A stretch of DNA of 64,000 nt from the NCBI RefSeq assembly GCF_964194025.1, contig NW_027451928.1:1-64000 (forward strand). The letters run 5' to 3'. Under the pieces are notes generated by a model. It saw only the letters and a list, made by a program, of their open reading frames with translations. It made no database searches and had not been told where the DNA came from. The DNA comes from Convolutriloba macropyga (Eukaryota). Positions 14,401-26,400 of this stretch are shown here, piece by piece (within the stretch, counting starts at the first letter, position 1; the number at the start of each line of letters is the position of its first letter). A program made the position numbers and the translations under genes.

Positions 14401-17400
14401 TCTATGTACAAATTACAGCAAAATATCATATTGCATTGGAGGGGACAAACAACGAAGTTATACACACCCATTTTCAGTCTACCCCACATTCACAGCAGAC
14501 TGAATCATAGAAAGATACTCCAATGATACTTGGTACAAAACCATCAGGATGCGTACTAATTTGCAGGATGTTTATGTGTTTAAAAAACATAGTAGTAAAA
14601 AGGAGCAATAAATACTCGAGAGGAATGATTCAAACACTGACCTCTGTCCCAGAACAATTCTATGCGATAAGCCACTGCAACTCTAGTCAAGAGAATCAAG
14701 ATCTTATGTGTTGAGAAGGTGAATCAAGTGTGGTGTCACTTTGAATGCTTTATGAGGCGAGGGTAGGGTATAAGGGGAGGGGGAATAAACAGACAGTTAT
14801 TGTGCATGATCCCTGAAGATAACCTTTTGTCACGCCCCTATTTCGTCCCTCATAGTTACGTGATGATATTCCTTAAAATATCCATAAATAAGTGATATAA
14901 ATTAATTAATATTCATTTAGTTTCAAGGCCATTTATAGCTAACATTTCCATCTAGGCCTGTAACCTCTAATTTGTTTATGTATACGAAAAACAACCGCAG
15001 AAGTGACAGTTTAATAGCAAACATATCAAGTGCCTAAAGGCCTCAATATTTACTTTTTTGAGTTTCTTGATGATAAATTCACATAATCAGTAAATAACTT
15101 CATGAGAGATTATGTACTTGGCGAAGTAATTATTCTGATAAAGTAGGTGCTAATACGGAACTTGTATATGTACTTAACAAACATCAAGAGACGTACAAAA
15201 GCCGGAAACCGCCCTACTTGAAAATCAGTAAATATTTGCGAAGGACCAATACAACTGAAGGCACAAAACCTGCGGAACCCACTATCTCCAGAACACCAGC
15301 GAACCGACCCAGAAATCAGTTGATAAAAACTAAAACTTTCTTTCAATTATTGTGACATCTTTCTTAATTCTAACAGAGGAAATAATAAAAGATTGAACTG
15401 GCAATTCTTTTAAAATTCTTTCCAAGTCTGAGACTACTCGTCAGAAATAATGTTGAGATCACAGATACTCCTAAACCAAGGCAACTAGTGGATATATCGC
15501 ATATCCGAACCGCTCAGTAAAAGGCTTTTCCTAGCTAACTTTATTAAAATATATCTGCTAAAAATTGCACTGTGAAACATCTAAATAAGACCTTGGAAAA
15601 TGGCAATAATTACTCTAGATTATCTCCATAATTTGTATCAATAACAACCCACAAAAATACTCTAAAAATCAGTGCGTAACATGGTGACAGGAGTTATTAA
15701 CTGTTTTCCAGTTTAACGGACCGATAATTCGGTTAATTCCTTGATATTTTCGATATTTCCTTTCTTTATTCTGTTGTTTTCTTCCTTCTCTTCTTCTCCA
15801 TTACCTTAAGAGCCTCCAATCATCCAGAACCACATCCAGCACTTCCTTTCCGAGCAAGATGATAACACAAAAAGCAGTAACAAAGGAAAGAATGGGTGGA
15901 AACTGTGTTTGTGTCTCTGTGGACTAAGTGTAACAGTAATACAAAAGTGTTTGAGTGGACAATAACTGGAACAAACTCAACCACAGCCGCCACAACGGAC
16001 AAAAACAATACAGGGTATTTGCAAACGAGGATATTGTGAGTAAATGAATTTGTAAAATTAATTTTGGTGCTTTATTTATGTCAATTTATAAAGAACAAAT
16101 TCTCCCCGCTATTAATAATTGTCGCTCTTCCCCCAATTTTGTTGAACATATTGAAGGAAACCACATTAATTATACCCAAAACAACAGTAAAACGCAAGCT
16201 CAGATAGTAATCGCTTTTTCCTCTTCATTTTATAAGTCTATCGTTATTTATGTGCTAGATAAAGATGACAAACGTGTTGCAATTTATTGGACAGCAAAAA
16301 GTTTAAATCAGAAATCTCGTAAATTTGGACTTATCCGTCACAAACTTCAATCTGATAAAGAAATTAACCTTGATAAGATCATCACTGATTATCAGATAAC
16401 ATCAGAATAATAAATTACTGAAACCATAACTTAATTAATAAATAAAAAAGAGCGCAAAACAAAAGTTTAAACAAAAATAAAAAACAATTATATTTTATTT
16501 CCCCACCCAGCTCCGGAGGTTAATGAATCAAACAGTGACTTCAGTCATTACGCTGTTGCCTATCTGAGTGCAGCTTCCACAAGGCCTGTGCGGTCGTGGT
16601 CCCCACGAATTTTCCTAAACTAAGGGGCACTCTTCAGAGGTGAGACTTCGGCGGCCCATACGGCTTCAACGATATAAGTCTGACGATTCGACCGGAGCTT
16701 TAGGAATAGGTTTATAAGCAGCCCTTCTTTATTATTTTTAGAACGAATGGTTTCAGTAGTTTCTTTTCTGATATTTCTGTGCTATTCATTTAACTGTTTT
16801 CTTCACTTAAATCCCCTTAATCTCTCCATTAAGTTAAGTTAAGCGTGCTATTTAATACTTTAGAACGAAAATAAGACTGATTGAACGAAAAGTATATAGT
16901 CTAATCGGGTAAAAAGCAAAATGGCACACGCGCAGATCAACATCACGCCTTTTTCCGGATCAGAAACGGACAATTTTAACGAGTTCAAACAACTAATAAC
17001 AGGTGCAATCGGAGTTGCAGCAATCGCAAACGCGCAACAAGCGAACTTTCTGCAATTACATTTAAAAGGAGACGCTTTACGATACTTCTTAACCCTACCA
17101 GAGGCTACCAGACTAGTTTTTGAAGACAGTATAACAGCCCTAAGACACAGATTCACGAAGGATGACTTCAGAGAGATCAGAATTATAAAGTTAGAGAATC
17201 AAAAGTTTAATCCAAAAACAGACACTGTTAAAAATTTCTTAGTAAAGTTAAGAACTGAAGCCAATAAAGCATATCCAGCACCTGAAATAGTAGTAGCGCC
17301 AGCAGGAGCAGGTGACCCAGAAGCTCGTAGATTCGAAAGAGAGACAGCAGCAAGAGATTCTGCCCTTCAGATGTCAGAAAATCGAAAAAATGAGCAAATA

Positions 17401-20400
17401 AAGCGCTTCTTTATTAAGCCTAAGCTTTTAGAAAGGCCAGATACAGATACCATTGATCAAATATGCACCTTAGCTAGCCAACAGATTGCAATAAGGGAGA
17501 TGTGTAATAGAGAAGAGTACTTTGACGATGGATTTAATGAAATAACAGTAACAAACACTGATAAAATGTTAAAAGCAATAACTGTTATCTCCAATAATCA
17601 GAAAGAACTTGAGCAGAAGCTTCAGCAGAGAACAGCACCTAAAAATGAGCCATCAGAACAAGGCCCAGTAAACACATTCACACCACATTACCCTCAACAA
17701 GTCTACAAACAAAGTTATAGACAAAATTTCCGCCCACAATACCAAAATTATCGACCAAATTACCCTCAATATCAGTCTAATTATCGTCCAGTTCAGCAAA
17801 ACTATCGGCCCCAGCAACAGTACGCCCCCGTGCTAACAATTACCGAGAGTTTAGACCATAATTTAATGCCCCTAGACCGTTTCATTATAACGAACAGCCA
17901 CAAACTCGTAACTATTGGACCGAACCTTCAGACAGTCCCCAATTTGTTCATCCAGCTTATGTTAATAGACCAGTTTATCGGTTCCCAACAAAAAATACCC
18001 CACAAAACCTTCTTAGACAGGGTATAGTTTACGATAGTCCAGCACAAGACCGATACGGTATGCAAAAAGCAAAAGAATTTAGTCGTGCTGGTGCACTCCA
18101 AAGTAGAAATATGAGAGGTATGAATTTCCCATTTAATCAACAGAAAAACTAATAAAGCCACCCAACTTTAAAAAACAAAATAAAAATTATAAAAACTCAG
18201 TTAACCATTATAACGAAAGCACGTCTAGTCCTAGTTTAGATAAAGTAATTGATCCAGTTTATAACAAAAGTAACAAAAAGCGTAGAAAACGCAAAAGTAA
18301 TAATAATAAATGTAAAGTGAATAAAACTGTGCAACTCCCAACACAAGTATCTCAATCCACACCAAAGCCAATACCACATGTTCAGCAACTATTTAGCATT
18401 GTCCCACTTTTAGGCAGAACATTATCCTATGTTAAAGTTAAATTTAATGGAGAATTAGAAAGACGCGCACTAGTCGATACAGGAGCATTTGCAAATGTGA
18501 TAAGTCGTGAATTCTACAAAGAACTAAGTAACACAAATATTAACTCAATAACAGAAATAGAAAAACCTGATCTAGATAAAGTTAAAATGGCAAACGGCAA
18601 TATAGTTAAAATTGATAAAGCAATTAAAATTACATTTAAATTGGGCACACAAACATTTACAGAAGATTTCCTTGTATTAATTGTCACAACTCCTGTAATC
18701 CTAGGCAACCCATTCTTTGTTAAACATAAAGTTAGCATCTGCCCAGGACAAAGTTACATTAAATTCCCTGATCAAACACTACAAATAAGTGAAATAAAGC
18801 CAGAAAAGCAACCCAGAACAGTTGTAAAACGAAAAAAATTTGGAGTTTATACACAGAAAAAGCAAGTTTTACAGCCGAATCAACAAGCAGTATTAGAATG
18901 TAAGCTTTATGATAAACTAGAATCATTCACTGACCTTTGTGGAGTAATAATTCCAAACGAAATCTTTGAAAAAGATAGTGAAGTAATATTAACATCATCT
19001 CTAAGTAAAGTTGCTGAAAAAAACATTCTCTACATCTATGTCCTGAACATTACTGACCACCCAATTACCATAAATAAAGGCGAAGAAATAGCCAAATTCT
19101 CATTCTTAACATCAGACCAAGCTGAAAAGTTGTTAGAAGTAGATCCTCAATTAATAAATGTTGCAAAAATGAGCGAAAATTACTTAACAGAAATAAATCA
19201 ATTAATTCAAGTTACAGACACCCCGAAAAGAAAATCTCAGCCAGCGAAACCGGCCCCGGAATATGAAAAACTATGGTTCCCAACTCCTGAAACGTGCCCA
19301 GATCCGACAAATTTGTCGCCTTTGCAGAGAGATCTATGAGCAACTGCTAAAACTGCAAGAAATGGAGAAATTAGATCCAAAGGGTAAACATCAGGATAAA
19401 ATAACATTTTTAAGCAAGTTTCCGTGGGAAAAATCAGCCCTCAATGATGAGCAAAAAGCAGTAGTAGGTGAACTACTAGTCGAATTCAGTGATATTTTTG
19501 CGAAACACAGATTTGACGTTGGATATAATACAGATTTAAAAATAAAGTTAACTCCAGAAAGAAGCATACCAATTTACGAACAAGGCCCTCCAACGCCCGT
19601 CCATTTGAGAAATGAGTTACAAGTAGAGCTCGCACTAATGCATTATTACGGACTGATAACAACCTTGTCTCAATCAAGATATAGTAGTCCACTTTTCGCT
19701 CAAAGAAAGAATTCAGGAAGACTCAGACTATTAATTGACTTAAGTAAACCACTTGTTGAAAAATGACTACGTGAATACCAATTTCCCGATTTCCAACATG
19801 AGTGACGCAATAAATTACTTTGCCGGGAAAAAATTGTTCACAAAACTTGACTGTTCTCATGCATATCACTGTGTGCAAATGGCAGATGATGTATCAGTGC
19901 AACTGCTAGCATTTAACTTTGCTTCGAGAACTTATGCATATAAATGTCTCGCACAAGGATTGAATAAGTCAGTAACTGGATTTAGCTCTTTCATTAGACA
20001 TTATTTGGACCCATGTTTAGCATCAGGAAACTGTACCCAGTTTATGGATGATATTGGAAATGCAGTAACAAATTTTGAACAATTGGTACCCTCTTTAAGA
20101 GAAATTTTTACGTGTATACGTCAATCTGGATTAAAATTGTCACCCGAAAAGTGTGAAATAGCAACTGACACAATGAAATTCCTTGGAAATAACATCAGTG
20201 CAGAAGGAATATCACCAGAAAAATCAAAAATAACGAAATTTCTTGATAAATTTAAAATGCCGAAAACAACAAAACAAGTAAAACGATTAATCGGCTTCAC
20301 GCAATTCTTCCGAAATTACATTCCTAACTTAGGTGAAAAACTAATGTCATTTTACAAGCTCCTGAAGAAGGATGCAGTAATAGAAACCGCAGAAGAACAT

Positions 20401-23400
20401 GTAAAAGCATTAGAAGTAATAAAGAAGGATCTAATGGAAGCAACAAATGTAACATTGCGATTGCCAAAACCAGGCCTACAGTATGTAATTCTTTGCGATG
20501 CTAGTTACCACGGTGCAGGTTTTGTACTAATGTTGGAAGACTACGTAAACGAAACAGGAAAGAAAGAAAAGAAAACATACGCTCCCGTATCGTTTGGATC
20601 GCATTTGTTTAATGCTACACAATTAAAGTTCTCAATTTATTACAAAGAGTTCCTAGCCTTGTACTATGCGCTGGACTACTTTTCACACTACATTTGGGGA
20701 TCAAGCAAACAAGTAATTATACTCACTGACAACAAAAGCCTCACACAATTCTTCCAGTCAAAAGTAATACCACCATCTCTTTGGAATTGTTTAGACAGAA
20801 TACTCGCCTTTGATATAGTAATTGCTCACATTCCTGGGCGCGCTAATTATGCTGCAGATTTTCTCTCCCGAATGGAGAATGACAAAACAGCAACAATGTC
20901 TTTAAAGTTAACAGATAGAATTCCAGTTAGAGAAATAGAAATTGATACAGAAGCACAAAACCCTGATGTTGAACTAAATGTACTGTTAGATGCAGAAATA
21001 TCCAATGATGAAGTAAATCCAGAAGTATTAGATGCTCTCAAAAAACTCGGATATTACGAGGACTACAAAAAACGGCAAAGTAATTTACCAGTAACAGAAA
21101 TCCAAGGACTGTTTAAACTAAAAAGAAAAACAGAAATAAATTCAATTGAGTACCCAAATCCATTAGATGAGTTTCCAGATCTTACAGACAACTTAATTAG
21201 CCTTAATTTAGCAGAAGAGCAGCAAAAAGATACAGACATTAGAACAGTAATAAGCTGGATTCAACAACCTAATCAACAACCAGATTTAAAGTATGCTTCA
21301 ACCAATTTAAAAAAGTATCACAAACACTTAAACAGATTAATTCTTGAAGGGAATGTCTTATACCGGAATTTTTATGATGATACTGGAAAAGTACTTCATA
21401 AACAATTCTGTGTACCTAAGCATTTGTGGAAAGAGACTATATATAGGTTCCAAAATTCACAAACAGCAGGTCACTTAGGCACCAAAGCAACAATTCAGGA
21501 ATTTAGAAAGCGATTTTATTATCCAGGCTTCACTGAACATTTCATTAGCTTCATCAAAAACTGCCTCACTTGTCTTCAATTGAACAGAGTACCGAAAAGC
21601 CACATCACACCGAAACTGCAACCAGTCAGTTCACTACAATCATATCCAGGAGATATGCTCCAAATTGATTTAGTAGGCCCCCTAAAGTCATGGCAGTATA
21701 AGTATGTTTTGAGTGCAATAGATGTCTTCACAAAGTACCAATTCGCAGTTCCATTAACAAATGGATATGCTGACACAGTAGCCCGAGAACTAGTAAAGGT
21801 GTTCTTCCAACACAGCTACATTCCTCAAACGATACTTAGTGACTTAGGAACCAACTTTACTTCTGAATTAATGTCAGAATTAGCAGGTTTATTAGAAGTA
21901 AAGCTAAAACATGCCTCACTAAAGCACCCTCAGACTATCGGAGCAGTAGAACGATCTCACGGACCACTGAAACGAATTCTGAAACTTAATACAGAAGAAC
22001 AATGGAAAGACTGGCATAAATATGTTCCTCTTGCAACCTTTATCCATAATACTTCATATCATTCAGCCACAAATTGTTGTCCTTCAACTCTATTCCATGG
22101 CAGAGAACCCATAAAACCCCTTGACGTACGGTTCTCCAGAAAAGTAATGGAGAACAAATTGTCCGAATACCAGTTAATCCGTTAATTGCTGATGAAATTA
22201 GACAGCAAGAACCAGAAGTTCGTGTTCCTCTTGTATCATCCTCATCAGACGATGAAATGTTTCTACCAGCTCAACAGCCACAGCCGTCAATAGTACCATT
22301 TGATATTGAATCGCCTCCAGAAACACACGAAGAGCAATTTGCTTTAACTGATAGAAAAATAAGAGCCAGACCTTATAATCCAAAAAGAAAACCAGAGAAA
22401 AGTGCTTTCAAATCACCAGAATACCAACAAAAGAAAAATGTGCAAGGATTTAAAATAACTAGACAAATACAGTTACATGATGAAGATAGATCTAACCCTC
22501 ACCTAACCAACCCAGTCAGAAGATCAGGCAGTCCTAGACCAAAAAACGCTCGTGCAAGACTGGAACAAGAAGAAAAACGTGAAGCAATAAAAGCATCAGC
22601 ACAAGCATCAAAACAGTCAAATACTCCAAGTAGAGAGACAAAACTAGATCAAGTTAGAGCAAGTATAGCAAAATATTCAGGGAAAAAGCCCAGCAGTTCA
22701 ACAAACAAACCAGTAACCAGATCTCAAACAAAAAAATCTTCACCAGGCTCATCTAATCAAAATTTAAACCATTTTAGTCAAGAAATAAATGCAACATATC
22801 AAAGTTCCCCAACAGATATCTTATATTCACCATACTCTTTTGCACACTGTATATCAGCTGACCTTGCAATGGCAAAGGGATTAGCCCGACAAGTCAAAAG
22901 CTGGTACCCAGCAGCCCCAAGTGCAATTAGACTTAGATATCCACCAGATATTGGCTCAGTTTTAATCTACTTCGACCCCATTTCCGAACGTTATATCTTC
23001 AGTTTAGTAACAAAATTCAGATACTACCACAAACCAACTTACGAATCTGTATTAGCAAGTCTCTATGAGCTGAGAGAAATAGTAATAGATGCAGGAATTT
23101 CACACTTAAGTCTTCCAAAACTCGCCAGTGGCTATGATAAATTAGATTTTAACATCATTTTTGAGCTTATATGCCAAGTCTTCGACCCTCTACCCATAAC
23201 CATCTATATCCATTGGTATGTACAGACCCAGTACAGTCCAGCAGTACCCTTTATCCGCCCCAAAAGCCCAACAAGCCTGAGCAACTTAGCCCTAAAGCCC
23301 AAAAATCGCCAAAAACCGAAAATTTTTGACCTCAAAATCCAGTTATTTTGATATATCTCCAAAACTACTTGTCCGAACCTGGATTAACCTATTGTTCTGA

Positions 23401-26400
23401 AAATCCCTCATCCAGTAGAAGCGATTCCAGCCTTTATTGACCCCATTCGACCCGTTCTAAGTACCAAAAACTTAGTCTAAAATTGACCCTTCCGAAAATC
23501 CTGGGTTCAACTCAGAAAAACAGTCATAAAATTGTGAAAAAAGCCCCGATCATTCCAAATTTTTGCGCTGCAGCATTTTTCAAGCCGACATGCAAATTTT
23601 GAAGCGATTTGGAGAACTTTAAAAATCGAGTGACGCTGGAGCCCTCAATTTTTGACACTTTTCGAATCCGCTCGAATTCAATGATAACTCCTACAAAAAA
23701 CCTTCAATTGACCCATTTTATAGCCCTAGACCATCCTACTGCTCACGCTTGACACCCCAATACCCAAAAATTCCGTCAAAAATCAATAAAAGTTGAGTTA
23801 TGACAAAAATACCGAACCCTACCAAAGTGCGTTAAAATTGATTAAAATGTAGTGTAAATTATATCCCAAAAACATGCCAAAAACTGTCCCAAATGCCTCC
23901 AGCAGCTACCCCCAGCTACCACCTACATGGTACAAACTCAAACAACCGTTAAAACCCAATATTTCCAAGTATATATTGAAAAATGACGAAAAAACGAAAA
24001 TTGCGCTTCTGCTTCAATCCTCCGCTTCAAAAATTTTGTCATTTTATTCTCCACCTGACCCGATAAAAGCCACCTATACCACCTACAAACCTAGTGCGAC
24101 CCCCCACTAGCCTCGTAGTACCATAAAAATCAGTCCCAACTCATCCCAGTATCAACCATGAAGACTTCAACCCAAATAAGCTCTGAAACCGCCACAAATT
24201 TGTCAGGAAAAATTCAGTTATTTCCCACTAGAGTCAAAAAAATTAACTTCTGACAAAAATTAACCACACCATCAGCACTCCCACATCTATAGCTCTCAGA
24301 ATATGCACTCCCAGCCCCCTAGTGCCAATACAAGACTGCCAAAGTAACGAAAGTCACAAAAAATCGAGTGAAATTTCCGAAAAAAGTGATCAAACATGCA
24401 TCTTAATACCCGAATATGCCCAATTTTATTGTTAATTCAGTTAGCCCCACTCATAAGCAGTCCAACCATAGCAATATCAATCATTTTGAACAAGTTTTTC
24501 TTAGCCTCATAGCCAATAACCTACCCCCTATCTGGGCCTTTTAAAAAAACCCAGGTTCACTGCAGCACAAACGTTATAACTAGAACAAACGTTAAAAAAT
24601 AGTCAAAACCACCCAAATTTTTGCGCTGCAGGGTTTTTTGAGCCGACAAAGCGATTCACCAATTTTGAGCTCAATCGAAGCATTTTAAAAATTGAGTGAC
24701 GCTGGGCCCCTCAATTTGGAGACTTTTTGAAAATTCACGAACATGTTCGGAAAATCCAAAATATGATCGAAAACCTGATATTATTAGCTTAAAACATCTG
24801 CATGCTCAAGCTCTACACGCCCATATCAAAAATATTGAAAATTATTAAGTAAAATGTTGAAATAATAGCAAAAAACTGAAGCCTACCAAACTCTTCTCAA
24901 ATTCGTCAAAACAGAGCAAAATTTAGAACATAAAAATAGTATCGAATAGCCGAATTATGAGCCCATATCCAATATTCAGTCTCCCTAGTAGTTACCCAAG
25001 CCCAATAAACCCATACAATCGCACAGAAATTCATAAATGTTGAAAAAAGTGAAAAAACCGAAAATTGCAGATATTTCACAAAATTTGGTCCGAAATTCTA
25101 AACTGAAAAACTTAATATATTATAGTCAAATAATGCATTAAACCACACCAATAGCTGCCACCAACATAGTACTCGCTAGTATGACCCCCACAATTACTGT
25201 CAAAAATCAATTCTCTTCAATCTATGTCAACTTATGCACCAAACATGACGCTTCACAAGTAAAAAATCAGTACATTTCACAGAAAAACTGGTATAAAACC
25301 TAAGTTAATCAACTCCAAACCTACCAAAATGCTACCCCTGATAGCCACAGATATCAGTAACAACAGTTAGCACCTGATTTAGGCCACTAGAGAATCACCA
25401 GACTGACACATGTCTCGAAGAAGCTCAATTAGTGGAAAAATCATGCTTGAAAATTCGCATTTTGGACCCAAAAATCAACGTTATGACCCGAAAAATAGCT
25501 TCAAACCCTATAATTCATTAACATACATTACAACAAACCAAACAAACGTGAATTAAAGTAACAAAACTTAGTGAAAATTGCGACAAAACACAACAAATAC
25601 CTGACTTCCGACCAGTTAAAGTGTAGTACAGAGCACTGAGAGCACACAGACCACCAACTTCGGCCCTCACACCAGCCGCACCAAGCAACTTTGGAGTTTT
25701 AAATGACACTATGTCCACATGCTCAGCATAAATGTCATTGTAAAACTCGTACCCCAATTCGGCACACACATTTGCACGCAGATTTGCACGGAAAAAAGTG
25801 CAATGCACCTCTTTGCCGTGCATCTTCTTCACGAAACATGGCACACACTCATGAATAGCTCTAAATAATAAGCATACACCACTCCACAATTAATAATACA
25901 TGTAACAAACTAAAGAAAAACAAATAAAAATATCAATAAATATTATAAATATATGCAATTACCTCTCAACAGCGGCCTGCAATCCCCCCATCGACCGTGG
26001 AAAGAAGAACCCAGCAGCTTTCAGGCGATCGACTTGTGACCTCACACGAGTAATGTGCTTTGCAGAAGCACTAAACCCGACATGAAGCGAAGCCAACTCC
26101 TGAGACACCATCTGCTGAGTTGGAATTTCCTTCTCCTGAACTTGCATCTCGCTGCCCACCTTCACTTCCACTTTGTACATCAACACCTCCCGATGTACGG
26201 CCAATTCTGATGTTCCCACGTTCTTTGTCCCCAGTACCATATGTTCTGCTTTGTCCCGATAAGCTCGTCGCTCCTCAGATGACCGAACAAATGATGGATA
26301 CACCCATTCAGACTGAGACAACGACTTGCTTCGCAAGAAAGTCAGAAAATCCTCATACTGGGCAACATCCATGATTCACAATAACTATCTGAAAGTTTAA

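Noticed and set aside
15110-15346. 78-aa antisense ORF present in both LTRs (also 30734-30970)
   Set aside because: Non-ATG start and no motif; it recurs only because the LTR is duplicated.
16600-16700. Hammerhead-like cores in the leader (CTGACGA on plus; CTGAAGA..GAAA on minus)
   Set aside because: No properly paired stem II or cleavage triplet could be built.
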